From the IMG/VR virus record IMGVR_UViG_3300025705_000581: DNA of 64,000 nt; one strand, written 5' to 3'. Of the stretch, positions 47,658 to 57,255 are shown in pieces (position 1 is the stretch's first letter; each line of letters begins with the position of its first letter). The DNA is from a virus. The notes beneath the pieces were generated by a model. It made no database searches. It was given only the letters and a program-made list of their open reading frames with translations, and had not been told where the DNA came from. A program made the position numbers and the translations under genes.

Positions 47658-49513
47658 TAGTAACCGCTGCTCCCGCTACTCGAGGTTGTTGTTGTTCCTG
47701 TGGCCACAGTTGTTGCGGTTGAGCTCTCATCAATAATATTAACTGTTACGTCAGTGTCACGGATTGTAAACAATCTACCTTTAGGTGCTTTAATATCATT
47801 TCGTTTTGTTTCAGCAATAATTTTAATTGCTGATCCTGTATAACCATCTGTCTTAAAGCCAATTAATTTGATTTCACCTGTTGTATAATTCACTGTACCA
47901 AGGTTTGGGATAACAACTTGCGGGTTATTAACATCAGATGTAATCATTTGAATTTTACCAGCACCGTCATCTTGTAGATAAACATTAACACTATCGTATG
48001 AAAAGGTTCCACTAATAATGGATGGTTTATAATCCGCAAATCCTGTTGTCAATTTAAAAGGATATGGTTTAATGATTTCTGCTTCAAACTTAAACACTGG
48101 GTTTTCTGAAATATTCAACGCTGGCGAATATTCAATATATGGACAAGCAATTACTTTGTTACTCAAAATTGAAATGTCACTTGCATCAATTTCAGATGAT
48201 AGCATTGACAATCTCAACCTTTTATTAAAGTCATCGAGATTAACTGTGACGTGAGATGAAATGACATTACGGATAATAGTTTCAAGTTCACCTACTGACT
48301 TACGAGTAATCTTTGCATTGTAATAAGCATTAATAGTTACATTTGAATATAAGTAATTTGTTGCTACGAATACAGGTTCAACTGCAAGTGGTGTTTTATC
48401 TTTTAAGTAATCAACATATGTGTTAGATAAGGTTGATGATAGCTGATCTTCACCTTGTCCCAGATAAATTGATATTGCAACTCTACCAAACTGTGGAGGA
48501 TTTAATTCATCACCACCATATGCCGCAACTGCTTGGATTTCAGGAAATCTTTGCTTTAACAAAATTTCATAATCCGATGCTGTAATAGCACGTTCTTGAA
48601 TTTGGATTGATTTTGGAGCAAAGTAACGAATGCTTTCAATTGTTTCTTGTTCAGCACCACCTGTTGCCGGCGCTACCGTGGTAACTGTTGTTGTACCAGT
48701 GTTTGTAACATTAATTGAGAACAAACTTGCACCATTTGGTTCTGTTCCTGAACAGATTCTATATTTAACACGGATATCTTGTGTTTCTTCCGGTTGCTTC
48801 CCAAACTTGTTATTACCAAAGTAAATAGTATATCGGCCATCGTAATATGGTTCAACATAAAATACTTCATCAAGTGGTCCTACACCAAAGATATTGTTTT
48901 TACGAATATATTGGTTTGCGTCATCACTTGCTTCGGCATCAACAAACACTGAAAGTGATTCGGTATCGGCATTTTCGTTTGAAAGGATAACTCTTAGTGT
49001 TCCGTCAACATCAACAAAGTAACCTTCTCTTTCAAAGCTTGTTAGCATTTGGCCTTCAAATATTTCTACATTTTCTGCAACAAAAACACCAGGCGCGGTT
49101 TTGCGAGCAACATATGCTTTATCAGAAACGAATTCGTAATTTACACCAAGATAAGATGTTGTAAATGCCGCATTCTCTTCAATTGTAATAGTTTGACCGA
49201 TTACAGTGTTATCATTAATTGTTACGTTTACAATGGCGCGTGCCGATGTTCTTGAACGTGGTAAATAATTCAATTCCTTGGCGTGTGAAATAACTGAGTT
49301 TCTCAATACCGCACTGTCAATAAACATCTCATTCATTGCCATATTGGTATAGAAGTTATTCTGATATGTGTTATATGAAAGCACATCCATTAAGACCGAT
49401 AGGTTTGAACCATCAAAGTCATAATCTTTATATCGAGTTTGACCTTTTAAATAATTTTTAAGCTGTTGTTTTGAATTCTCAAAATCTAATTCCGTAATAT
49501 TTAATTTAGCCAT
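47657..49513 (-). CDS. gp6: Baseplate wedge subunit gp6
   Basis: ELDFENSKQQLKNYLKGQ..YKDYDFDGSNLSVLMDVLSYNTYQNNFY; SHAKELNYLPRS; GGAEQETIESIRYFAP...RAITASDY. Confidence 0.93.
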   Translation of the reverse strand: MAKLNITELDFENSKQQLKNYLKGQTRYKDYDFDGSNLSVLMDVLSYNTYQNNFYTNMAMNEMFIDSAVLRNSVISHAKELNYLPRSRTSARAIVNVTINDNTVIGQTITIEENAAFTTSYLGVNYEFVSDKAYVARKTAPGVFVAENVEIFEGQMLTSFEREGYFVDVDGTLRVILSNENADTESLSVFVDAEASDDANQYIRKNNIFGVGPLDEVFYVEPYYDGRYTIYFGNNKFGKQPEETQDIRVKYRICSGTEPNGASLFSINVTNTGTTTVTTVAPATGGAEQETIESIRYFAPKSIQIQERAITASDYEILLKQRFPEIQAVAAYGGDELNPPQFGRVAISIYLGQGEDQLSSTLSNTYVDYLKDKTPLAVEPVFVATNYLYSNVTINAYYNAKITRKSVGELETIIRNVISSHVTVNLDDFNKRLRLSMLSSEIDASDISILSNKVIACPYIEYSPALNISENPVFKFEAEIIKPYPFKLTTGFADYKPSIISGTFSYDSVNVYLQDDGAGKIQMITSDVNNPQVVIPNLGTVNYTTGEIKLIGFKTDGYTGSAIKIIAETKRNDIKAPKGRLFTIRDTDVTVNIIDESSTATTVATGTTTTSSSGSSGY

Positions 49514-49514
49514 T

Positions 49515-49931
49515 TTATCTTGTCCTCTCTAGAAACACGCTTAGCGATACTGGCTGCTCGTCGTTCGTAACGTAAAATTCTATTGTGATTGCAACCTGAT
49601 TTGAGTCAAGGTTTGCTGAAACAGTAACATCAATGAGTTCTGCCCGCGGTTCGTATAACTCAACAGTTGATCTAACCTGTTCTTCCATTAATCTAACGGT
49701 CGCAGGTGTTAGATTTTCAAAAAGCATTGCTCTTATATTGCCACCAAGGTTCGGTTGCATTAATCTTTCACCACGGTCAGTTAGTATTAAATTCCGTATT
49801 GATTCTTTAACTGCTTCGTCATCTTTGTTTAATGTAATGTCTGAAGATATTGGACTTAGTTCAAGATCCTTTTTAAAATCCTGATAAAGCGATATCTTTT
49901 TTGATTTTGCGGTTATTAAATTAACTACCAT
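49515..49931 (-). CDS. gp25: Baseplate wedge/sheath initiator gp25
   Basis: DEAVKESIRNLILTDRGERLMQPNLGGNIRAMLFE...YEPRAEL. Confidence 0.93.
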   Translation of the reverse strand: MVVNLITAKSKKISLYQDFKKDLELSPISSDITLNKDDEAVKESIRNLILTDRGERLMQPNLGGNIRAMLFENLTPATVRLMEEQVRSTVELYEPRAELIDVTVSANLDSNQVAITIEFYVTNDEQPVSLSVFLERTR

Positions 49932-51731
49932 TTATCTGTACCATGTTGATGCCTGATTTCTGTCCCTGTGGTCTATATGCAAAAATGAACTCCCCGGTGG
50001 AGTGTATACTCCTAATCCCCAAAAACCATTTGCTTGCGCAATTCTCATTAATCTACTTCTACCTTCCGGGTAAGTTGGCCAATCTAAATCAAATGCAATC
50101 CCTGTGGTGTGCAATGAATTTATTGCTACGTTTTGTATCCCCACCACGTCTCTTAAATATCTGTTATATGCCGGTGACCTATATCCGCTTACTAATTGTA
50201 CTTTTGGACCATCCCATTCAATAAGTGTTCTCATTAATGCTACACGCTCGTTAAACTCCGTCATTGTCCAAAATGTATCATAATGTGGTTCTACACCATT
50301 TTCTCTCATTGATGCATTACCATAAAGTGCTCTTGCACTATAAACAGGATCAATCCAAATATAACGATTTCTATTATTAATCAAATCATCAAACGTTGGA
50401 AAAACATCCAATACATCGTCAGGAGCAATTTGCCGGTCACCATAATTTCTTGGTCTTGATACGGGCCTTACGGATCCATCAACATTATTTGGGTCTGCTG
50501 GTGGCAAAGTTGATGTTTCAATTGCACCTTCCGGTACTGAACCTTGAGGCGGTTGCCATGGTTCCGTAGAGTCGTTTATAGATTGTTCTACCCTTTCTCT
50601 GTGTAACTGTTGTTGATTATTTATTCTTTCTTCAAGGACCTCGGGTGGTGTTCTAGTGCCATTAGCTGCAATTACTTGAGCGGTTGCAGCATTTCCTTGA
50701 ACTGTTAATGCTTCTTCGGCTGCTCTAAGATCATCGGCAAATGTTGTAAGCGGTTGTTTAACTTGAGTAACCTGTTCTTCAACACCTGTTAGCAATCCGC
50801 AGAAACGTGAGATGAGAAATTGAATTTCACCAATGCCAGGATTGGCAAACAATCCAACCGCATAATCAAACAACGCAGTCAACTTATCTTTAATAGATTG
50901 AATATTAGTTTTTTCAAAGAAAGCCAACGCTTTATCTCTGATTTTAATAAATGCTCTTGTGATACCTTTTAAAGAAGGTCCTACAATACCTTCAATTAAT
51001 GAACCTAAATCAAAGTTCTTAATTGCTGCTTCTACTTGTTTTACAACAGCTTCAAACATACCAATAAGTTTATCTTTAATAGCTTCAATTAATGCTTTTA
51101 CTTTAATTCTTTCAAACAATGCCTCTAATGGATTTTCAATGTTTTTAAGTTTTGATAAAAATGATAAAGCATCATTAAGAAGGGTACCTACTTGACCGAT
51201 CTTATCAAAGAATGAATTAATAGCACCAAAGATGTTTGGCAATGTGCCACACAATCCACCTGCGATTGCTAATGCAAAACCACCGGAAAAGAAACCGTCA
51301 AGTTGTTCTAAAAGGCTTGTAGAATTATTTGCAGTTGCAACACCAAAACTAAATGGCGTATAACCTTGACTTTCAAGGAAAGATGCAAATTCAATATCAG
51401 TTAGTGGACCTTTTTGTAACCGCGGTCCGAGGTATTCAAATTTTGGCAATTCTTTAACAATGTAATCTTCTTTAATAAATGTGTTATTAAAATTATTAAG
51501 TTGCGTATATAATTGTTCACCGTATTTTTCAACGGCTTTTGCAACCACATTGATAGGCTTATTAGAAGCACCAAAACCGGCAATATCAAATGCCATTTGA
51601 TTAATTGCTTGTTTAGTATAATTACCATTACTGTCAACAAACAATTGTACCGAAGCACCACGTGGCGTTAAAACGGTTGAAGCTTTTAGAGCCGATGGAA
51701 TAAACGGATCTGGATCTTTACAAGCTGTCAC
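49932..51731 (-). CDS. 599-aa protein with long helical N-terminus and C-terminal peptidase M15 (Zn D-Ala-D-Ala peptidase-like) domain
   Basis: LVSGYRSPAYN...SLHTTGIAFDL...GLGVY...FLHIDHR gives the Arg and His/Asp/His ligands of M15. Confidence 0.82.
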   Translation of the reverse strand: MTACKDPDPFIPSALKASTVLTPRGASVQLFVDSNGNYTKQAINQMAFDIAGFGASNKPINVVAKAVEKYGEQLYTQLNNFNNTFIKEDYIVKELPKFEYLGPRLQKGPLTDIEFASFLESQGYTPFSFGVATANNSTSLLEQLDGFFSGGFALAIAGGLCGTLPNIFGAINSFFDKIGQVGTLLNDALSFLSKLKNIENPLEALFERIKVKALIEAIKDKLIGMFEAVVKQVEAAIKNFDLGSLIEGIVGPSLKGITRAFIKIRDKALAFFEKTNIQSIKDKLTALFDYAVGLFANPGIGEIQFLISRFCGLLTGVEEQVTQVKQPLTTFADDLRAAEEALTVQGNAATAQVIAANGTRTPPEVLEERINNQQQLHRERVEQSINDSTEPWQPPQGSVPEGAIETSTLPPADPNNVDGSVRPVSRPRNYGDRQIAPDDVLDVFPTFDDLINNRNRYIWIDPVYSARALYGNASMRENGVEPHYDTFWTMTEFNERVALMRTLIEWDGPKVQLVSGYRSPAYNRYLRDVVGIQNVAINSLHTTGIAFDLDWPTYPEGRSRLMRIAQANGFWGLGVYTPPGSSFLHIDHRDRNQASTWYR

Positions 51732-51752
51732 AACTATTCTCCTTAAGTTTCA

Positions 51753-53141
51753 TTATGCTGTTTCCCCATCATCTGATTGGAAAACAGAAGCAGTATTGCG
51801 CACTCCATATTGATTTGCTGCGGCTGCTTTAACGGAAGTTGATTTTGTTGGTGGCTCAGGCATTTCTGGTGTAACTGCGCCAATAGCATCTTCAGCAAAT
51901 ACTGCTTCTGTTGCCGCGGCGTTTCCACCTTCTGCCATACTCACATAATCATTAATATAAACAGTACTACTTGCGGTAACACTAATGTTACCTCCTGACT
52001 CTACCTGAAGGTTTGTACCTGACAGTACACTAACATCAGATTCACCGAATATATTTAAAACACCTTGATTAGCTTTAATATTCATATCAGTGATGGCAGT
52101 CATATTCAAATTGTTTGCTTTAATATTCATATTAGATGTAGCTTGATCCCACATAAATGGTGCCTTGCGATACATCCCAATGCCTGCTTCAATTTGCATT
52201 TCTTTTTCGGCACGTATTGATAATGTACCAGCATTTGCTTCCATTCTTATATCACCGGCACGCATTTGAATTTGCTCGCTGACATTATAATTTGATTGTC
52301 CGCCAACTGAATGACTGTGATTTCCGTGTACTATTGTTTTAAGGTCACCTGTAATTTCTTCAGTTTTGTTTCCGTCAACATATACAGTTGCATCACCGTC
52401 AATTGATACATAAGATCTGCCGCCAATATGAACGTATTGATTTTCGTCCGTAACATCAAACCTTGCTCCTGTTGCCTTTGTTACAATATTACCGCCACTC
52501 CCAATCTGAACATAAGATTGAGTTTCAGTATTAGTAATCGTAATTCTTTCAGAACCTGGTGTATCGTCAAGTTCAACTATATGGCGTGCTGATTGGATAA
52601 CACGGTTATATGGATATGCTGCTTGATACCCGGGATCTGGTTCATCCCAGCTTTGTCCACCTTCAGGATCATCCGCAACAGTAACTTTGGTAACACGAGC
52701 CATTTTCTGTCCATGAAGGTGTGTTTTCTGTAGCTCTTCACCACGTTCTAATCTAGAAAGATGTGGTTGCCCTAAGTTTTCTGGTTGTGTTGCCCTAGAG
52801 TTCAATTCAGGTTGTTCTGTTATTACACCCCAACCTTTTGTTTCAGGATTAATTGCTTCATTATATTGAGTAGGAACAGTTCCGATAATAATTGGTTGCT
52901 GCGCATCTCTACCATCAATAAACAAACCAAAAACAAAATCATTTTCATCAGGGATTTGATTAAATAAGTCATTGACAAGACAGGTTGCCCATGGTAATGC
53001 TTGAGTCGGAACTTTATCATTCAGACCATGTACTCCAAATGCTCTTACTTGAACTCGTCCTTGTCTTTGTGGATCATCTCTATTTTCAATAACACCAATA
53101 AAGAATAAAGGTTCTCTTATGCCTACACCGTATGGAAACAT
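51753..53141 (-). CDS. gp5: Baseplate central spike gp5 (OB-fold plus beta-helix, no lysozyme domain)
   Basis: FIGVIENRDDPQRQGRVQVRAFGVH...LPWA...FVFGLFIDGRDAQQPIIIG; YPYNRVIQSARHIVELDDTPGSERI; VxG repeats. Confidence 0.92.
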   Translation of the reverse strand: MFPYGVGIREPLFFIGVIENRDDPQRQGRVQVRAFGVHGLNDKVPTQALPWATCLVNDLFNQIPDENDFVFGLFIDGRDAQQPIIIGTVPTQYNEAINPETKGWGVITEQPELNSRATQPENLGQPHLSRLERGEELQKTHLHGQKMARVTKVTVADDPEGGQSWDEPDPGYQAAYPYNRVIQSARHIVELDDTPGSERITITNTETQSYVQIGSGGNIVTKATGARFDVTDENQYVHIGGRSYVSIDGDATVYVDGNKTEEITGDLKTIVHGNHSHSVGGQSNYNVSEQIQMRAGDIRMEANAGTLSIRAEKEMQIEAGIGMYRKAPFMWDQATSNMNIKANNLNMTAITDMNIKANQGVLNIFGESDVSVLSGTNLQVESGGNISVTASSTVYINDYVSMAEGGNAAATEAVFAEDAIGAVTPEMPEPPTKSTSVKAAAANQYGVRNTASVFQSDDGETA

Positions 53142-54514
53142 TAATCACTACTCCAATCATATTTAACAAGCTCAAAGTTGGTTCTTACTCTGTCGTTTTC
53201 CAACGTATGCTTGGTTGTAAACACAAGATACCTACCTGATAGTTGTTGATGGTTATCAGAAGTACCTAAAGCATCAAATCCTTGAACTGTAAGATCAATT
53301 AATTGACCCGGCATAATATCCATTCGGCCTGTTAATGATGCCGATACTTTAGTGTTGTATAAATGGTGCCTATATGCTATTCGATTTGAAACCATATCAT
53401 CAAGTCTTTGGTCAGATGCCAATTCACGCGGAGTATTATAAGGTCCGGTAAAATCACGGAATGCAAGAAACCGTGGACCGTTGTCAAACCTGAATGTTTC
53501 TTCAGCATATTCTCTGGTATGCGGGAATTCAATTTGACCTCTTCGTGCCTGGACTCCTGACATATCAACAAATTCAGCTTCTTCGGTATACTTATATGTT
53601 GATTCAGAATATTCATGGTTTAATATATCAACTACACAAACCGTACTTGTATATCCACCCGATTTTATATCTTTACCAATATCACTACCTCTTGAACCAA
53701 TAGTGATATATTCAATACGATTAAGTTGCTTTTCAGGTTCTCTAGGATCATATGATGCATTAGGTGAATAAAAGAATTTTTGTATTTCGCCTTCTGCTTC
53801 AACTGATTCTTTAATTAAATATTCATCAGTCACAAAAAAGTAATCAGTTAAATTTTCAAAGAAACGATAAGTCTGTGAATTTGCTTCACCATAAGCACGT
53901 CGAGCAAGGAATAACATTGTTTCCGAGGCAGTGTAATGCGGGATAGCTAAATTGTTTAAACCGATTGTAGGTTGTACTGTAAACTTTCGGCTTTCATTTG
54001 TTACAAAATTAATCAATGGATATTTAGCAGTAGCATATGGGAATGTTCTATTTCCATCAGTATAAACAGCAGCACCAAGTGATGTAAAATAATTCCTAAA
54101 CGTATATTCAGCAATTTGGTTTATTGATTTATCGGTAAACCCTTCTTCAACGTCGGGTGCAACGGCTGCCGCATATGTAACTGCTGATATAAAATGAATA
54201 TTATACCGAACACCATTCATACTTTCAGTAGGTACTAAATTATCAATACGAATAACCTGGCATGCCAAATCATATTCAGTATCAAGGTCGTGGGACACAA
54301 TTTTTAAAATCAATTGTTCTTCGCCAAGTAACGGTGTGTTGTCAAGGAAACCAACAGTGTCCAGGACAGCGGCTACACCACTCCATGAAGTCATACCCAT
54401 CGACTGATTGATTTCAATACCATCAATCATCCCGGCGATATTTTCATCAAGGTTTGTGTATCTGTTTCTTAACGTAAATGAAACAATTGTATATGATGAT
54501 GGATTAAATGCCAT
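53141..54514 (-). CDS. Baseplate hub protein (gp27/late-control-D-like), 457 aa
   Basis: IEINQSMGMTSWSGVAAVLD...PLLGEEQLILKI; LARRAY...YRFFE; C-terminal GRMDIMPGQLIDL...SGRYLVFTTKH; lies directly upstream of gp5. Confidence 0.7.
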   Translation of the reverse strand: MAFNPSSYTIVSFTLRNRYTNLDENIAGMIDGIEINQSMGMTSWSGVAAVLDTVGFLDNTPLLGEEQLILKIVSHDLDTEYDLACQVIRIDNLVPTESMNGVRYNIHFISAVTYAAAVAPDVEEGFTDKSINQIAEYTFRNYFTSLGAAVYTDGNRTFPYATAKYPLINFVTNESRKFTVQPTIGLNNLAIPHYTASETMLFLARRAYGEANSQTYRFFENLTDYFFVTDEYLIKESVEAEGEIQKFFYSPNASYDPREPEKQLNRIEYITIGSRGSDIGKDIKSGGYTSTVCVVDILNHEYSESTYKYTEEAEFVDMSGVQARRGQIEFPHTREYAEETFRFDNGPRFLAFRDFTGPYNTPRELASDQRLDDMVSNRIAYRHHLYNTKVSASLTGRMDIMPGQLIDLTVQGFDALGTSDNHQQLSGRYLVFTTKHTLENDRVRTNFELVKYDWSSD

Positions 54515-54769
54515 TTATAGTTTTATGCTTTTTACAAATTCTTTAGTTACTTGTGGTAAATACTTTTTATCAATTAAAAAGATCTCACGCTTGTTTTCGT
54601 TTATTGCTCGCTCGTTATCCCAGATACGCCAAGGTTTCCATTCTTCAGGAATAATACGTTTAATAATAATTTTACGACCTTGTTCTGTTCTGATAATAAC
54701 TCGGTCTTCCTTACGAAGATAAATTGTTTCAAAACTTTCAGGTGTTAATTTGACTAGATCAACTGCCAT
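54515..54769 (-). CDS. 84-aa protein resembling the C-terminal part of gp53
   Basis: WDNERAINENKREIFLIDKKYLPQVTKEF; strong AGGGAGG SD 8 nt before ATG; same frame as the upstream gp53 ORF. Confidence 0.7.
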   Translation of the reverse strand: MAVDLVKLTPESFETIYLRKEDRVIIRTEQGRKIIIKRIIPEEWKPWRIWDNERAINENKREIFLIDKKYLPQVTKEFVKSIKL

Positions 54770-54772
54770 TTA

Positions 54773-55147
54773 TTAAACCTCCCTATACCAATAGATGATG
54801 TTCTCATCATTATCTTCTTGTGTCCAATCAACAACATCATCACCAATTCTACCTGATACATTACCGTATTTGTCAATTAGAAAATCTTTAAATTCTGCTT
54901 CCGACAAAGGCCACTCATGGTAAGGATCCATTATATTGTTTGCCATATAAACGAGCCAACTATAATCAACTGAACCGTAATAGAAATTAGCAATATCCTC
55001 GGCTCTTTCACCTTCACTAATTGTATATGGTAAATAAAGTAAAGGGTTTGTACTTACGTTACGAACGAATTGATTTCTTCGTGTAATATCACGTACCTGT
55101 TTACCTTCGTATGTTATAATTGGAAAATTTTCAAAATACTTTGCCAT
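54773..55147 (-). CDS. gp53: Baseplate wedge gp53 (N-terminal LysM-like part)
   Basis: MAKYFENFPIITY...YTISEGERAEDIANFYYGSVDYSWLVYMANNIMDPYHEWPLS. Confidence 0.85.
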   Translation of the reverse strand: MAKYFENFPIITYEGKQVRDITRRNQFVRNVSTNPLLYLPYTISEGERAEDIANFYYGSVDYSWLVYMANNIMDPYHEWPLSEAEFKDFLIDKYGNVSGRIGDDVVDWTQEDNDENIIYWYREV

Positions 55148-56127
55148 TAAGCTTCTCCTACTGCATTAGCTTCACCGCCGCTAATACCATAATCATTCGC
55201 AGTTTGAATTTCGAGTTCTTGAAAGGTTAATGCTATTTGAACTGCTGAAGGTTTACCACCTTTCATAACACTTGTTAATCCACCAACTTGATAATTAACA
55301 GTGAACTGTGTAACCATTGAAGTTTTATATTGCATCCAATGAGTAGGATCAATTCCTAATAAAAAGATATCTACGGTTGAAGGATATGACAAGAATGCCT
55401 GTGTAAGACCGGCAAAATCTCGTGCTACAGGTAATGTCTTTTGCTTGAACCTTTCAACAATCTTTTTAATCAAAATTGAGTCAGATTTATTTGTTGGATA
55501 TAAATCAAATGTCATATTATGAGTTCTTAAATCAACACCTTCAAACGATAGTGTTTCTCTTGGGTTAACAGTATTCCCTTGTACCGTATCAAGTGTTCTA
55601 CCAATGTCGCCTGGTAATTTACTACGCAAAAGGTATTGTGCTGACTTAGCGGTATCAGCAAGGCTTGATCCCATAATCGCCGATCCTGCTGCACTAATAG
55701 ACATATCCGCAGGTGCACTCCTACCCATGCCCGCTCCTAATGACGTTAATAGCTGTGGTAGTTCTGAAACTTTTGAATTACCAAAATCACTAGATGCAGC
55801 AAATTCTCTAGCAGCATTAGCAAGGTATTCTGTTGTTTTATTTCTTTCAAACCCGTTAATTCTAAGGTTCGTATCATCCTGTAGATTTGTAGGAAAAGGT
55901 AGTTCAATAGAATTAATTGATCTTAATTCACTGCCCACAGCTCTTTGCCCAACACTTACACTAGATGCGTTTAATCCACCGCCTAATGCAGTTTTAAAAT
56001 CATAATCTTTGAAAACGAACAGAACCGAATGTGGTACAGGCGATGTTGGAAAAGACAAGTTACCTTGAGTGTTCTTATTGCGCCATGCATTTTTGTCATG
56101 CTCTGGGCGAGTTGATATGTTCGCCAT
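55147..56127 (-). CDS. gp48: Baseplate tail-tube cap gp48
   Basis: IELPFPTNLQD; NPRETLSFEGVDLRTHNMTFDLYP...IVERFKQ; YPSTVDI; LTFQELEI. Confidence 0.85.
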   Translation of the reverse strand: MANISTRPEHDKNAWRNKNTQGNLSFPTSPVPHSVLFVFKDYDFKTALGGGLNASSVSVGQRAVGSELRSINSIELPFPTNLQDDTNLRINGFERNKTTEYLANAAREFAASSDFGNSKVSELPQLLTSLGAGMGRSAPADMSISAAGSAIMGSSLADTAKSAQYLLRSKLPGDIGRTLDTVQGNTVNPRETLSFEGVDLRTHNMTFDLYPTNKSDSILIKKIVERFKQKTLPVARDFAGLTQAFLSYPSTVDIFLLGIDPTHWMQYKTSMVTQFTVNYQVGGLTSVMKGGKPSAVQIALTFQELEIQTANDYGISGGEANAVGEA

Positions 56128-56145
56128 TTGATTCGGTCCTTTTCT

Positions 56146-56153
56146 TATAAATA
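56146..56153 (+). promoter_or_regulatory. T4-type late promoter TATAAATA (rightward, gp4 operon)
   Basis: Exact consensus in the divergence gap. Confidence 0.8.
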
Positions 56154-56164
56154 GTTTATGTTCT

Positions 56165-56172
56165 TATTTATA
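56165..56172 (-). promoter_or_regulatory. T4-type late promoter TATAAATA (leftward, gp48 operon)
   Basis: tatttata on the + strand in the divergence gap. Confidence 0.8.
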
Positions 56173-56179
56173 TGGAAGT

Positions 56180-56644
56180 GTGAGCAGGATATTGGCGTAT
56201 AGTGGTAGGTTTCGGCCGAAAAACCCGCAGAAATATAAAGGTGACCCTACAAAGATTATTTATCGTTCGTTGTGGGAGTTTAAATTCTTTAGACACGTGG
56301 ATAAACATCCTGATGTGATTTGGTGGCAAAGTGAAGAGGTTATTGTACCTTATAGATCACCAATTGATGGGCGGTTACATCGGTATTTTCCTGATGTGAT
56401 TGTTCGGCAGAAAAAGCCTGACGGTAAGACCGAAACATTAATGATTGAAATTAAACCAAAGGCACAGACAAGGCCGCCTGATATTCGTAATAAAAGTACA
56501 CTCAAAGGTCGTGTGTCAAAACGCTATTTGAATGAGGTTAAAACCTGGGGTGTTAATGAGGCAAAGTGGAAAGCAGCACAGAAATTTTGTGCTGACCGCG
56601 GGTGGAAATTTTTGATATATACTGAAGATCATTTAGGAGTTTAA
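56180..56644 (+). CDS. gp4: Head completion protein gp4 (TnsA-like nuclease fold); start may be TTG at 56192
   Basis: AYSGRFRPKNPQKYKGDPTKIIYRSLWE...WWQSEEVIVPYRSPIDGRLHRYFPD...IEIKP...NEAKWKAA. Confidence 0.92.
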   Translation: MSRILAYSGRFRPKNPQKYKGDPTKIIYRSLWEFKFFRHVDKHPDVIWWQSEEVIVPYRSPIDGRLHRYFPDVIVRQKKPDGKTETLMIEIKPKAQTRPPDIRNKSTLKGRVSKRYLNEVKTWGVNEAKWKAAQKFCADRGWKFLIYTEDHLGV

Positions 56645-56646
56645 AA

Positions 56647-57255
56647 ATGGTAGCACAATTATTTGACGATATACTATTAAGAGGTGTCCGTGAAGGGCAA
56701 ATCCCTGCACGTACTGCAGGTGCCAGAGATTGGTATCGTCAGCAAGCCGCTACAGTTGGAAAAGGTGAAGCAAAAGGTGAAAAACTTATTCGTGAAGCCG
56801 GTAAAGAAAGATACGAAAACAGATTTAGATTAGGCCATATGTATATGTTTGCATATGATCCGAAGCACAAAAAGACATTACCATACTATGATAGGTTTCC
56901 ACTTATATTTCCGATAAATAGAGCACAAGGTGGTTTTCTTGGTATCAATATGCATTATTTGCCACCCACCTTAAGAGCAAAATTAATGGACCAACTATAT
57001 ACCGTTGCCTCCAATAAAAAATATGATGAGAGTACTAAATTGAGGATTAGTTATGATGTATTAAACGGAGCATCTAAGTTTAAGTTATTTGCACCTACGG
57101 TGAAACATTATTTAACAAAACAGGTAAGAACAAGATTAGTGTATATTAATCCTTCAGAATGGGACATTGCATTATTCTTACCGACACAAAAATTCGTTGG
57201 AGCAAAACAATCAAAAGTTTGGTCTGACTCAAGAAAAGCCGTAAGAGGAAGATAA
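56647..57255 (+). CDS. gp2: DNA end protector protein gp2
   Basis: GHMYMFAYDPKHKKTLPYYDRFPLIFP...GFLGINMHYLPPTLRAKL...VKHYL...EWDIALFLPTQKF. Confidence 0.92.
   Translation: MVAQLFDDILLRGVREGQIPARTAGARDWYRQQAATVGKGEAKGEKLIREAGKERYENRFRLGHMYMFAYDPKHKKTLPYYDRFPLIFPINRAQGGFLGINMHYLPPTLRAKLMDQLYTVASNKKYDESTKLRISYDVLNGASKFKLFAPTVKHYLTKQVRTRLVYINPSEWDIALFLPTQKFVGAKQSKVWSDSRKAVRGR

Noticed and set aside
54770-54775. Stop-codon reassignment, readthrough or sequencing error at the gp53 split
   Set aside because: Two tandem TAA plus a strong SD before the second ATG; TAA is the normal stop for most genes here and other ORFs are intact in the standard code
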